Source: Vicinamibacterales bacterium (GTDB taxonomy: Bacteria; Acidobacteriota; Vicinamibacteria; Vicinamibacterales; UBA8438). Taken from it: DNA of 64,000 nt. Position 1 is the first letter of the stretch; each line of letters opens with the position of its first letter. The notes under the pieces are model-generated. The model was not told the DNA's origin. It saw only the letters and a list, made by a program, of their open reading frames with translations, and made no database searches. Shown piece by piece: positions 1-9,767 of this stretch. The translations under genes and the position numbers were made by a program. The DNA lies in contig OZ220736.1 in the NCBI GenBank assembly GCA_965116825.1, positions 1,186,057 through 1,250,056 on the forward strand, written 5' to 3'.

Positions 1-909
1 ACCCGGCGCGTCGCCTACGGCACGGTGATCCGCGTCACCGCCATGTCGCTGACGGCGGTCGGGACGTTTCTCGCCACCGGCCTGCCGGGGGCCAGCGTCG
101 GCGCGCTGGCCCTGGCGACCGCGGTCGTCACCGAGGCGCTGGCCAGCCGGTGGATGTCCCGGAAGATCGTCGCCGAGCTCCTCGGCCGCGCCCGCCCCGC
201 GGAACGCATGGCCGGACTCCGCCTGCGGGCGCTCGTCCGCTTCTACGCGCCGCTCGGGTTGACGACCTTCATCGCGCTCTCGGCCCAGCCGCTCGTCACG
301 TTCTTCATGGGCCGGGCGCGGTTTCCGGTCGAGTCGCTCGCGGTGCTGCCGGTGATCCATGGCCTGACGTTCATCTTCCGGGCGGTCGGCCTCTCCTACC
401 TGGAGGTCGTCATCGCGCTGCTGGGTCCGCACCGGGAGCACTTCCGGCGGCTGCGCAACTTCGCGGGTCTGCTGGCCGTGGCCGCCACCGCGGGACTGTC
501 GGCGATCGCCCTGACCCCGCTGGCCGACATCTGGTTTCAGACGATTTCCGGGCTGAGCCCGGCCCTCACCCGGTTCGCCTTGCCGCCGCTCGCCATCCTG
601 GCCGTATTCCCCGCCCTGTCGGTGGCGCTGCACCTGCAGCGGGGCGTGCTGGTCCACGCGCATCACACCCGCCCCACCACCCGCGCGACGGCGCTGGAGG
701 TGCTGACGGTTGCGGGAACACTGACCGTCGCGATCCACGGATTCGACCTCGTCGGCGCCGTCGCGGCGTCGCTGGCGATCCTGGCAGGCCGCATCGTCGG
801 GGTGGCCTGGCTGGTCGCTCCCTGCATGCGGGTATTGCGCGCAGGGCCGGCGACCGAAATATCTGCACAGGACGAATCGGAGGCTGCATCCACGCAAGCA
901 ATCGGGTAG
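1..909 (+). CDS. polytopic membrane protein, C-terminal part of a MATE/flippase-like exporter (5' end outside window)
   Basis: Frame is open from base 1 upstream of the listed ORF 25..909. Product is a run of hydrophobic helices (FYAPLGLTTFIALSAQPLVTFFMG...). Family assigned from memory of MATE/MurJ/Wzx-type proteins only. Confidence 0.5.
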   Translation, partial: TRRVAYGTVIRVTAMSLTAVGTFLATGLPGASVGALALATAVVTEALASRWMSRKIVAELLGRARPAERMAGLRLRALVRFYAPLGLTTFIALSAQPLVTFFMGRARFPVESLAVLPVIHGLTFIFRAVGLSYLEVVIALLGPHREHFRRLRNFAGLLAVAATAGLSAIALTPLADIWFQTISGLSPALTRFALPPLAILAVFPALSVALHLQRGVLVHAHHTRPTTRATALEVLTVAGTLTVAIHGFDLVGAVAASLAILAGRIVGVAWLVAPCMRVLRAGPATEISAQDESEAASTQAIG

Positions 910-922
910 CCTGAGCACAAGA

Positions 923-1759
923 ATGCCCCTCGATCTGCGCCAGCTCTGGATCACGGAGTGGATCGTCTGCGGCTTCTTTGTTTACCTGATCGTCCTCTCA
1001 CGTCTACGCCCACTCGCGCCCGCACGCCGCCGCCGCGTGCTGCTCGTCGGCTTCGTGTGCATCGCGCTGGCCGTCATGCTGTCGCAGCTACGGCCGTCAC
1101 CCAGCCTGCGCATCATCCGCGACTGGGTTCCCGCGATCTATCTGCTGCAGGGCTACTGGCTCTGCGGCCTCTTCTTCCGGCGCCCGTCCCTGCGAATCGA
1201 GCGGCGCCTGCTGGCATTCGACACCTGGCTGTTCGAACGCAGCCGGCTGCGCCGCGCCGCCGCGCGCGCACCGCGCCTCGTCGCTTCCTGGTTCGAGGCC
1301 ACCTACCTGCTGGCGTACCCCTTCGTGCCCGGCGGCTTCGGCGTGTTCCTGGCGCTCGGACACCGCGGCCGGGCGGACGAGTTCTGGACGGCGGCGCTCA
1401 TCGCGGGGTTCACCTGCTACGGCATGCTGCCCTGGATCCAGACGCGCCCGCCGCGGGCGCTCGCCACCGACCGCCCGCTCTGGATCCCTCACCCGCACCT
1501 GCGCCGCCTCAACACGACCGTGCTGCAGCGGATGAGCGTGCAGGTGAACACCTGCCCGAGCGGTCACGCGGCGACGGCGGTGGCGGTCGCCCTGACCATC
1601 CTCTTCGCCGGCGCTCCCGCGACCGGCGCGGCATTCCTGTTCCTGGCGGCCAGCATCGTCGTCGCCACGGTCATGGCCCGCTACCACTACACCCTCGATT
1701 CGCTGCTCGGTCTGACGGTCGGCGTCGCCGCCTGGGGGATCGCATTCCTAGCGCTATAA
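923..1759 (+). CDS. PAP2-family (type 2 phosphatidic acid phosphatase-like) membrane protein
   Basis: 278-aa multi-TM ORF with PAP2 signature pieces: IQTRPP, TCPSGHAA and ARYHYTLDS (HxxxD). Confidence 0.7.
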   Translation: MPLDLRQLWITEWIVCGFFVYLIVLSRLRPLAPARRRRVLLVGFVCIALAVMLSQLRPSPSLRIIRDWVPAIYLLQGYWLCGLFFRRPSLRIERRLLAFDTWLFERSRLRRAAARAPRLVASWFEATYLLAYPFVPGGFGVFLALGHRGRADEFWTAALIAGFTCYGMLPWIQTRPPRALATDRPLWIPHPHLRRLNTTVLQRMSVQVNTCPSGHAATAVAVALTILFAGAPATGAAFLFLAASIVVATVMARYHYTLDSLLGLTVGVAAWGIAFLAL

Positions 1760-1842
1760 TCGGGCGCCTGGACGTCTGCGCGGCAGGGCCGCGCCGGCGC
1801 CGCCGCCGGTGGCCAACCGGCCGCTCACCTGGAGGGATACCC

Positions 1843-2622
1843 ATGATTCGCAGACTACTCCCGCTCGTCGCGCTCACCGCCTGGCTCGCCGGCGCCCCGG
1901 CCGGCGCCGCCGCCGCCGACTACCACCACATCCATCTGGTCGCGACGTCGGCAGCCGAGGCCAAGGAGTGGTACATGACCCACATGGGCTGCACCGACTA
2001 CGGCCGGCACAACGCCTGCGCCGCCGGCGACACGCTCATCATCTTCTTCGAACGCGAGCCGACCGGCCCCAGCGTCGGCAGCGGCGTCGACCACATCGGG
2101 TTCTCGTTCCCCGACCTGGCCGCCAAGATGGCCTCGTTCGAGGCCGCGGGCATCAAGATCCTCAATCCGATGCGGGAAATCGACGGCCTCTTCAAGCTTG
2201 CGTTCATCGAGGATCCGTGGGGCACCAAGATCGAGGTGGTCGAGGACACCGAGTGGCTCGGCTTCCACCACCTGCACCTCCGTTCCGCGGATCCGGCCGC
2301 GGCGCTCGACTGGTACGAGCACATCTTCGCGGGCGAGCGGGACAGCCTGAAGGGCCGCATCGCCGGCCTGCGCTACGGCACCGTCTGGCTGCTCATCTCG
2401 CAACACGACGGCGAGCTGGCGCCGACCGAAGGCCGCGCCTTCGACCACCTGGGCTGGCAATTCCCCGACCTGCGCTCGGCGGCCGAGGAGATCAAGGGCA
2501 AGGGCGTCGACTTCACGATGGAGCCGCGCCCGTTCACCAACCCGCTCGGCGAGGACATGCTGATCTCGTTCGTCGTCGGCCCCGACGGCGTGCGCATCGA
2601 GATCGTGCAGCCGCGGGCGTAA
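1843..2622 (+). CDS. secreted VOC/glyoxalase-family protein (two tandem VOC modules)
   Basis: ATG at 1843 preceded by GGAGGG. Signal peptide MIRRLLPLVALTAWLAGAPAGAAA. Two repeated modules (YHHIHLVATSAAEAKEWY and FHHLHLRSADPAAALDWY). The listed 958..2622 ORF has an Arg/Pro-rich artefactual N-terminus. Confidence 0.8.
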   Translation: MIRRLLPLVALTAWLAGAPAGAAAADYHHIHLVATSAAEAKEWYMTHMGCTDYGRHNACAAGDTLIIFFEREPTGPSVGSGVDHIGFSFPDLAAKMASFEAAGIKILNPMREIDGLFKLAFIEDPWGTKIEVVEDTEWLGFHHLHLRSADPAAALDWYEHIFAGERDSLKGRIAGLRYGTVWLLISQHDGELAPTEGRAFDHLGWQFPDLRSAAEEIKGKGVDFTMEPRPFTNPLGEDMLISFVVGPDGVRIEIVQPRA

Positions 2623-2665
2623 GCGCCGGGCAGGCCATCCACGCACTCAATCAGCACTCGGACGG

Positions 2666-2857
2666 GTGGCCTTGATCAAGAGTGCCCAGGCGACCACCGC
2701 GATCGAGGGCAATACGCTGACCGACTCCGAGGTGGAGCGGGTGGCCGACGGCATCGCCAAATGCCGGCGCGACGGCGGTGAAGCCGCTGGCGGCCGGAAC
2801 CGCGGGCAACCGACCGCCGCCCGTCCCGGCGCTCCAACAGATCGACCTTTACCTTCC
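2666..2857 (+). pseudogene. short remnant resembling the N-terminal region of a Fic-family protein
   Basis: ALIKSAQATTAIEGNTLTDSEVERV parallels the SSDIEGKKLDAGEVRS segment of the intact Fic gene at 39649-40761. No Fic motif follows and the frame degenerates into Gly/Arg/Pro-rich sequence. Confidence 0.3.
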
Positions 2858-3430
2858 ATGGAACGCCACGATCTCGACGCGCGACTCGTGAGCCTGCGTG
2901 ACGAAGCGGACCCGCGCCGGCGCCGGCTGCTCGCGCTCGGGTTGCTCACGGCGCAACTCGCCCCGGCGGACATCGAGCCGGTCCTGGTGGGCGGCGGCGC
3001 GCTGGAGTTCTATACGGCCGGTGGCTACGCGACGCACGACATGGACCTGGCGCTGCCGCACGGGCCGGACGTGGACGCCGCGTTCGCCGCGCTCGGATTC
3101 GCCAAGGAGGGGCGCTTCTGGTACCACGCCGACCTCGATCTCGTCTTCGAAGCGCCCGCGCCGGCGGGTCTGCCGGGCGAGGACGCTCCCCGTACCGAGA
3201 TCTCCGTCGACGGCCTGCGCGTGGTGATCCTCGGCGTCGAGGATCTGCTGATCGACCGCCTGCGCGCCTGGGTGCATTGGAAGAGCGACGACGACGGACG
3301 CTGGACCCGGCGCCTCGCGCACCTGTATGCGGATCGCCTGGACTGGCGCTATCTGCGGCAGCGGACGAGTGAGCAGCCCGAGGAAGCCGAAGCACTGCAA
3401 CGGGTGGAGCGGGAAGTGGGCCGCGCATGA
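2858..3430 (+). CDS. nucleotidyltransferase-fold protein (minimal NTase, adenylyltransferase-like)
   Basis: ATG at 2858. PVLVGGGALEFYTAGGYATHDMDLALP matches the G-G...hDxDh NTase core, with a helical C-terminal half. Start choice within the 2666..3430 ORF is inferred. Confidence 0.55.
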   Translation: MERHDLDARLVSLRDEADPRRRRLLALGLLTAQLAPADIEPVLVGGGALEFYTAGGYATHDMDLALPHGPDVDAAFAALGFAKEGRFWYHADLDLVFEAPAPAGLPGEDAPRTEISVDGLRVVILGVEDLLIDRLRAWVHWKSDDDGRWTRRLAHLYADRLDWRYLRQRTSEQPEEAEALQRVEREVGRA

Positions 3431-3651
3431 TCGACTACGATGCGTTCCAGGCCGAGGTGCGGCGGCTCAAGCGGGAACGCTGGGCGAAGATCCTCGCCGC
3501 GGAGCCGGCCGGCCGGCCGGCCGGCAGAAGACCGCGCGATCCGGAACAGGAGAGGTTGCTGTTGCGCATGGACCGCGCCCGCCTCGAGCGAGAGAACCCC
3601 AATCTCCTGCGACCGCCGCGGCGGCGGGAAGGCCCCCGGCCGACGAACTGA
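3427..3651 (+). CDS. small hypothetical protein, translationally coupled to the NTase gene
   Basis: ATGA start/stop overlap at 3427-3430. 74 aa, charged/helical N-terminus (AEVRRLKRERWAKIL) then a low-complexity tail. No family recognised. Confidence 0.3.
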   Translation: MIDYDAFQAEVRRLKRERWAKILAAEPAGRPAGRRPRDPEQERLLLRMDRARLERENPNLLRPPRRREGPRPTN

Positions 3652-3813
3652 CGGAACCGAACCGCCACGCGGCCCGTCGCGACTCCCGTGCCGGGGCTGC
3701 TGCGACGCGTCCGTCGCGGCTCCTCCGCCGGATTGTTGCGCGGGAGCGGGTTGATAGTAGAGTGATCGACACAGGGGAATCGAACGAACCATCCGCACGC
3801 CAGGAGATCACCG

Positions 3814-4809
3814 ATGCAAAGCCTGCCGCCGAACGACCCGACACCGAAGCCTTCGCGCAGGCGGTTCATGGAGAGCGCCGGCGCCGTCACCGGCGCGGCG
3901 TTCGCCGGCGCCGCCATCCCCGGCCGCGCGACCGCGGCGCAGTCGAGCGGGAGCGACAGCCCCGGCGCCCGGTTCCGCGGGCTCCTCGGCGGCGACGACC
4001 CGCCCTACTGCGTCAACTGCGGCGACGTCGCCACCGCCCGGCTCGCCGAGATGCACGGTGTCCAGATCGTGATGACCGGCGGCAGCGCCCTGTCGCTGAG
4101 CAAGTACGGCATCGGCGACTTCGGGATGATCACGATGGACGACCTGGTCGAGTTCTGCGGCCGCACCGCGGACCGCATCGCCACGCCGATCATCGCCGAC
4201 GCCGACGACGGCGGCGGGAACCCGCTGAACGTCTACCGCACCGTGCAGCGGATGGAGAAGGCGGGCGCGGCGTGCGTCATGATCGAGGACCTGTACGGGG
4301 CCAAGCACCTCGCCGGCTACGACGAGGGCAAGATCCTCGCCCGCGAAGCGATGGTCGACAAGGTGCACGCGGCGGTCGACGCACGGCGCGACGACGACCT
4401 GGTGCTGCTGGTGCGCAGCGACGTGGTCGCCGACGGCGGGCCGCTCGAGGACGCGCTCGAGCGCGTGACGAGCTACGCCGAGGCGGGCGGCGACCTCATC
4501 TTCGTGCCCGGCATTCCGCTCGACCAGTGCCGGCGGGCGGTCGAGATGGCCGGGAAGCCCATCCTGACCGGCGCGCCTTCGCTGGCCGCGGCCCGCGACG
4601 CCGGGGTCGGGGTCCTCTTCGTCGGCGCGATGGGGGCCATCGCGGCGGGCGCCATCGATCGCGCGATGGGCGAGCTGATGCGCGACGGAGAGCTCGGCGA
4701 CACGGCGTCGCTGTCGCTCCCCGGCGCCCGGCGGCTGGAGCTGATCGGCAACGAGGTGACGGCGAACCGGGCTCGCGAGTTCAACGCGCTGCGCGAAGAC
4801 GGCCAGTAG
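3814..4809 (+). CDS. isocitrate lyase/PEP mutase-superfamily enzyme with twin-arginine signal
   Basis: AGGAG before the ATG. SRRRFMESAGAVTGAAFAGAAIPGRATAAQ is a Tat signal. IIADADDGGGNPLNVYRTVQRMEKAGAACVMIEDL is the ICL/PEPM-family core. Confidence 0.8.
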   Translation: MQSLPPNDPTPKPSRRRFMESAGAVTGAAFAGAAIPGRATAAQSSGSDSPGARFRGLLGGDDPPYCVNCGDVATARLAEMHGVQIVMTGGSALSLSKYGIGDFGMITMDDLVEFCGRTADRIATPIIADADDGGGNPLNVYRTVQRMEKAGAACVMIEDLYGAKHLAGYDEGKILAREAMVDKVHAAVDARRDDDLVLLVRSDVVADGGPLEDALERVTSYAEAGGDLIFVPGIPLDQCRRAVEMAGKPILTGAPSLAAARDAGVGVLFVGAMGAIAAGAIDRAMGELMRDGELGDTASLSLPGARRLELIGNEVTANRAREFNALREDGQ

Positions 4810-4908
4810 ACCCGTAGCCTGGAGTCCGGCCGCGCCGACGCGGCTGCGCAACGAACACCCGGAGCTCGCGGATCTCCCGGACGCGGGCGAGTGAGTCAAG
4901 GAGAAGTC

Positions 4909-5466
4909 ATGGTTACCGTTCCGGCGCTCTGGTTGCCCATCCTGCTCTCGGCCGTGCTCGTCTTCGTCGTCAGCTCGATCATTCACATGGTGCTGCAGTA
5001 CCACGCCGGCGACTCCCGCGGCGTCCCCGACGAGGCGAAGGTGATGGACGCGCTCCGGCCGTTCAAGATTGCCCCGGGCGATTACGTCATGCCGCGCCCG
5101 GCGAACACGAAGGAGATGAGCGAGCCGGCGTTCATCGACAAGATGAAGGCGGGGCCGGTGGCGTTCGTCACGGTGCTCCCCAACGTGCCGATGGCCATCG
5201 GCACGAGCCTCGCCCGCTGGTTCGGCTACAGTCTGCTCGTGGGCGCGATCGCCGGGTACACGGCGGGACTGACCCTCGGACCGGGCGCGGAGTACGGCCT
5301 CGTCTTCCGCGTGGTCGGCACGGTCGGCTTCGCCGGCTACTCGCTCGCAATCATGCAGAGCAGCATCTGGTGGTACCGGAGCTGGCGCCATACGTTCCTG
5401 ACGATGTTCGACGGCCTCGTCTACGCGCTGCTCACCGCCGGCACGTTCGGCTGGCTCTGGCCGTAG
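4909..5466 (+). CDS. conserved hypothetical membrane protein
   Basis: ATG at 4909 with AAGGAG 6 nt upstream (the track start 4891 is an upstream GTG). Four predicted TM helices. No motif recognised. Confidence 0.6.
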   Translation: MVTVPALWLPILLSAVLVFVVSSIIHMVLQYHAGDSRGVPDEAKVMDALRPFKIAPGDYVMPRPANTKEMSEPAFIDKMKAGPVAFVTVLPNVPMAIGTSLARWFGYSLLVGAIAGYTAGLTLGPGAEYGLVFRVVGTVGFAGYSLAIMQSSIWWYRSWRHTFLTMFDGLVYALLTAGTFGWLWP

Positions 5467-5615
5467 CAACCGGCGCGGGCCGCGAGAGCTGCGACAGACA
5501 GGCCGCGAATCGGCACGCGCGGGACGGGATTTCGTTGCCGGCGGCGTTGCGGATGGTATCGTGGGCCTGAACGTCGAGAGTGGCTAGCGCTCCCGCCGGG
5601 AGCCGAGGAGGATCG

Positions 5616-6929
5616 ATGGGCAAGACGCAGACGAGCCGGCGCCGGTTCCTGAAGAAGAGCGCCGCGGCGGCGGGCCTGGTCGCCGCGCCGCCGAGCCTGG
5701 CGCTGGCCGCCGAGCCCGCTCCCGCGGCCGAGCCGACGCGCTCGGTCCTCGACAACAACTCGCTGGAGAGCGTGCTCTACGGCCGCCGCTCGCGCTTCGT
5801 CACCACGACGCGCGAGGTCGAGGGCCGCAGCCACTACGACACGCCCCGGATCCGGCCGGAGCCGTACCGCCCGAGCGCGCGCACGCCGCTGGGCGAGTCG
5901 ACCGGGACCATCACCCCGACGTCGCTGCACTTCACCACGCAGCACTACTACGGCATTCCCGACATCAACCCGGCCGAGCACACGCTGCTGGTCGAAGGGA
6001 TGGTGGAACGGCCGCTCGTGTTCACGATGGCCGAGCTGCAGCGGCTGCCGTTCGTCTCGCGCATCCACTTCCTGGAATGCGTCGGCAACCGGCCGAATCC
6101 GCGGGCCGCCACCGTCACCGGGACGCACGGCCGGATGGCGTGCAGCGAATGGACCGGCGTGCCGTTGTCGGTGCTCCTGAACGAGGCGGGCGTCAAGACC
6201 GGCGCGTCGTGGATCATCGCCGAGGCGGCCGACCGCGGGAAGCACACGAAGAGCCTGCCGCTGGCCAAGGCCCTCGACGACGTGCTCGTCGCCTACGGGC
6301 AGAACGGCGAGCCGGTACGGCCCGATCACGGCTACCCGCTGCGGCTGCTGGTGCCCGGCTTCGAGGGCATCTACAACGTGAAGTGGCTGAAGCGCATCAA
6401 GGTGGTCGACCAGCCGTACCTGTCGTTCCAGGAGCACTCGCGCTTCCTGACGCCGAACCCGAAGACGCAGCGCGACGCCTACGACTTCGGCCCGAACTCG
6501 GTCATCACGCAGCCGTCCGGCTCGCACGAGCTGCAGGGCCACGGCCTGCACGTCATCAGCGGCCTGGCGTGGTCCGGCGCCGGCAAGGTGAGCAGGGTCG
6601 AGGTCTCGACCGACGCGGGCCACACCTGGCAAGAGGCGGAGCTGGCCGGCCCGGTGCTGTCGAGGGCCCACACCCGCTTCCATCTGCCGTGGCGCTGGAA
6701 CGGCGAGGAGGCGGTGCTGCAGTCGCGCTGCCTCGACGAGCGGGGGCAGTTGCAGCCGACCGAGGACGAGTACGCCAGCTACTGGGGCCTCACGCGCGGC
6801 CAACTGTACGGGACGATCCAGAGCCAGCTCGGCTACTGCAACTGGATCCAGCCGTGGAAGGTCAGCGCCGATGGGAAGGTGACCAATGGGCTCGCACCGA
6901 CCGACGTGGTGGTGGATGTTCACGGGTAG
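5616..6929 (+). CDS. sulfite dehydrogenase-like molybdopterin oxidoreductase (SorA/SoxC-like), Tat-exported
   Basis: GGAGGA then ATG at 5616. Tat signal SRRRFLKKSAAAAGLVAAPP. Moco-Cys motif HFLECVGN and a sulfite-oxidase-type dimerisation domain. Confidence 0.85.
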   Translation: MGKTQTSRRRFLKKSAAAAGLVAAPPSLALAAEPAPAAEPTRSVLDNNSLESVLYGRRSRFVTTTREVEGRSHYDTPRIRPEPYRPSARTPLGESTGTITPTSLHFTTQHYYGIPDINPAEHTLLVEGMVERPLVFTMAELQRLPFVSRIHFLECVGNRPNPRAATVTGTHGRMACSEWTGVPLSVLLNEAGVKTGASWIIAEAADRGKHTKSLPLAKALDDVLVAYGQNGEPVRPDHGYPLRLLVPGFEGIYNVKWLKRIKVVDQPYLSFQEHSRFLTPNPKTQRDAYDFGPNSVITQPSGSHELQGHGLHVISGLAWSGAGKVSRVEVSTDAGHTWQEAELAGPVLSRAHTRFHLPWRWNGEEAVLQSRCLDERGQLQPTEDEYASYWGLTRGQLYGTIQSQLGYCNWIQPWKVSADGKVTNGLAPTDVVVDVHG

Positions 6930-7533
6930 GAGTCTGCGCCGTGGCGGTGGGCGCGCGGTTGCCGGGTGCACACCGGTGAGGCTGGCGGGCGCGCTGACCG
7001 GGGCGATCCTGCTGGCCGGCACGGTCGCCGAGGCGCAGCAGGCTGCCTCGCCCTCCGGCCTCGGGCGCGCTCCGACCGCGGCGGAACGGGCCGACCGCAT
7101 CGTCGGCCCCGACGGCGCGGAGCTGCCGCCGGGCAGCGGCACCCCCGCCCAGGGGGAGATGGTGTTCGGCCGGCGCGGGTGCTCGACCTGCCACGGCCCG
7201 ACCGGCAGCGAGGGACCGTCCATTCAGCTCGTCGGCGGTGACGTCACGACGCGCACCAACTACTGGCCGATCCGGCACTGGCCGTTCGCGCCGAGCGTCT
7301 GGGACTACATCCGCCGGGTCATGCCCTACGACCGCCCCGGCGTCCTCACCGACAACGAGGCCTACGCGGTGACCGCGTACCTGCTCTACCGCAACGGCAT
7401 CATCGGCGAGGACGACGTCATGGACGCCGAGAGCCTGCCGCGGGTCAGGATGCCGCGGCGCGACGACTACGTCATGCCCGGCGAGTGGACGCCCGATACG
7501 CGGCGCGGGTTCGAGATTCCGCCGGCCCGCTAG
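6916..7533 (+). CDS. monohaem cytochrome c partner subunit (SorB/SoxD-like)
   Basis: Overlaps the SorA-like stop. Signal peptide, haem motif CSTCHG, and conserved YIRRVMPYDRPGVLTDNEAYAVTAYLL. Confidence 0.8.
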   Translation: MFTGRSLRRGGGRAVAGCTPVRLAGALTGAILLAGTVAEAQQAASPSGLGRAPTAAERADRIVGPDGAELPPGSGTPAQGEMVFGRRGCSTCHGPTGSEGPSIQLVGGDVTTRTNYWPIRHWPFAPSVWDYIRRVMPYDRPGVLTDNEAYAVTAYLLYRNGIIGEDDVMDAESLPRVRMPRRDDYVMPGEWTPDTRRGFEIPPAR

Positions 7534-7587
7534 CCCGGAAAGAGGGAGTCTGCGCCCCAACGCGCCGGCAGGATCGCGCGCGCGTCC

Positions 7588-8454
7588 TTACGGGCGCGCC
7601 TTCGCCGACGCGTCGGCGGCCTTCGTGCTCATCTCGCCCAGCGCCACGCTGCGCTCGTAGGCGGCCAGCACCGCGTCGGACATGACCGTCCGAAAGCCCC
7701 CCCTCTCGAGCTGGTAGAGCGCGTCGGCGCTGGTCCCGCCGGGCGACGTGACGCGGTTGCGGAGCTCCGCCGGGTGGACCGGCTGCTGCTCCGCGTAGAT
7801 GGCCGATCCGCGGATGGTCTGCACCACCATCTCCCGCGCGGCGTCGCGTGAAAAGCCGAGGTGGACCGCCGCGTCGATGAGGGCCTCCATCATCAGGAAC
7901 ACGTAGGCCGGGCCCGACCCGCTGATGGCGGTGGCCATGTCGAGGAACTTCTCTTCCTCGACCAGGAGCTGGCGTCCGAGCGCGGCCACGATGGCGCGGG
8001 CCTGCCCGCGCTGCTGCTCCGAAACTTCCGGCGTCGCCGTCCAGACCGTCATTCCCTCGCCGACCTGCGCCGGCGTGTTCGGCATGGTGCGCACGATCGC
8101 GCGATGGTTCAGCCCGGTGGCAATCGAGGCTATGGTCGCCCCCGCCACGATGGAGACGACGAGTGCACCGGGCTCGACGACGCCCCGGAGCTCCGAGAGC
8201 ACTTCGGGCAGCACCTGCGGCTTCACCGACAGCACGACGACGTGCGCCTGCCGCGCGGCAGCCACGTTGTCGCGGGAAGTCCGGACCCTGAACTGCTCCC
8301 CCACGACGTCGAGGCGCTCCTGATGACGATCGCTCGCCGTGATTCCGCCCGGCTCCACGTCGTGCCGCGCCAGCAGCCCGCCGATCATGGCCGACGCCAT
8401 CGCCCCAGCCCCGATGAACGCCACGTTCAGGTCACTCAACACGTTCTTCGTCAC
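7588..8454 (-). CDS. proC: pyrroline-5-carboxylate reductase
   Basis: 288 aa. N-terminal Rossmann VAFIGAGAMASAMIGGLL and the ProC C-terminal dimerisation domain (VTSPGGTSADAL). Confidence 0.9.
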   Translation of the reverse strand: MTKNVLSDLNVAFIGAGAMASAMIGGLLARHDVEPGGITASDRHQERLDVVGEQFRVRTSRDNVAAARQAHVVVLSVKPQVLPEVLSELRGVVEPGALVVSIVAGATIASIATGLNHRAIVRTMPNTPAQVGEGMTVWTATPEVSEQQRGQARAIVAALGRQLLVEEEKFLDMATAISGSGPAYVFLMMEALIDAAVHLGFSRDAAREMVVQTIRGSAIYAEQQPVHPAELRNRVTSPGGTSADALYQLERGGFRTVMSDAVLAAYERSVALGEMSTKAADASAKARP

Positions 8455-8516
8455 GCCTGCTCCCCGGAACGCCCGCCGGGAAATCCGTCGAGCTTGAGTA
8501 TTCTAGTGGCGCAACG

Positions 8517-9653
8517 ATGGACCCGATCGCCCACACCCTGGCCGGCGCCACCCTCGCCGAGACCCGGCTCCGGAACTACTCGCCGTTTGCCGCGCCGGCT
8601 CTGATCCTCGGCGCCAACGCGCCCGACATCGACGTGGTCACGATGTTCATCAGCCGCGATCTGTCGCTCGGGTTCCGGCGGGGATGGACGCACGGCGTGC
8701 TCGCGATGGTAGTCCTCCCCATCGTGCTGACCGGACTGCTGCTGCTCCTCGACCGCGCCATCGCGCGTTGGCGGAGGCGGGAGCCGCGGGCCCGGACCGG
8801 TCCCCTGCTCGCGCTGAGCACGCTGGCCGTCGTCTCGCATCCGATACTCGACTGGCTGAACACCTACGGTGTCCGCTTCCTGATGCCGTTCGACGGCACG
8901 TGGTTCTACGGCGACGCGCTCTTCGTCGTCGATCCGTGGGTCTGGCTGCTACTGGGAACGTCGGTCGTCCTGGCCCACAGCACCTCCCCGGTCGGCGCAG
9001 CCGCCTGGATCGTGCTGGGCGTCGCTACCACGTCGCTCGTCACCGGCTTCGAAGGCGCGCCGGCTGCGACCCGCCTGCTGTGGTGCGCCAGCGTGGCCGC
9101 CATCGTCTGGCTGCGGCTCGCCGGGCGCTGGACGGGGCGCATTCCGCGGCTCGCCACGCTCTGCCTGTCGGCAGTCGCCCTCTACATCGGCGTCATGGTT
9201 GCCGCGTCGCTCCTTGCCGAGCGCCAGGTGGCCGCGTGGCTGGCCCAACGCGACGATGTGCCCGTGGAGATCATGGCCAGCCCGGCGCCCGGCAACCCGC
9301 TGCTGCGCCACGTCGTCGTCGCCGATGCCGAGCACTACCACTTTCTGGAGGTCGACTGGCTGTCGGGCGACCCGATCCGCATCAGCCTGCCGTCCATCGA
9401 GCGCGGCGGCGACAACCCGGCAGCCCGGGCCGCGCTGACCGCCCCGCACGTCTGGGGGCTGGCCACCTGGACTCGCTTCCCCGCCTTCCGGATCGAGGAA
9501 ACGAGAAACGGCCACCGGGTGTCGATTTCCGACGTCCGTTACATCTGGCGGGCCGGCAGCGGCCTCGGCGCCGCGGTGGTGGAGTTGGACCGCGACCTGC
9601 GCGTCCGAGTCCCCGAGCCGGCGGCGGCAATGCCAGGGGAGCATCGTCGGTGA
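8517..9653 (+). CDS. membrane-bound metal-dependent hydrolase (YdjM/DUF457-like)
   Basis: MDPIAHTLAG..., NAPDIDVV and GWTHGVLAM motifs, with multiple TM helices. Confidence 0.65.
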   Translation: MDPIAHTLAGATLAETRLRNYSPFAAPALILGANAPDIDVVTMFISRDLSLGFRRGWTHGVLAMVVLPIVLTGLLLLLDRAIARWRRREPRARTGPLLALSTLAVVSHPILDWLNTYGVRFLMPFDGTWFYGDALFVVDPWVWLLLGTSVVLAHSTSPVGAAAWIVLGVATTSLVTGFEGAPAATRLLWCASVAAIVWLRLAGRWTGRIPRLATLCLSAVALYIGVMVAASLLAERQVAAWLAQRDDVPVEIMASPAPGNPLLRHVVVADAEHYHFLEVDWLSGDPIRISLPSIERGGDNPAARAALTAPHVWGLATWTRFPAFRIEETRNGHRVSISDVRYIWRAGSGLGAAVVELDRDLRVRVPEPAAAMPGEHRR

Positions 9654-9767
9654 TGCGACTCGCAGTTCGACCCGCACTCTGTCCGGTGTGCGGCAGCAAA
9701 GGTGCGCAGGTGTCCGGCATCTCCCCACGCGGCGATTGCTCTCCCTGTCCACCACGCGGGGTGTTAC

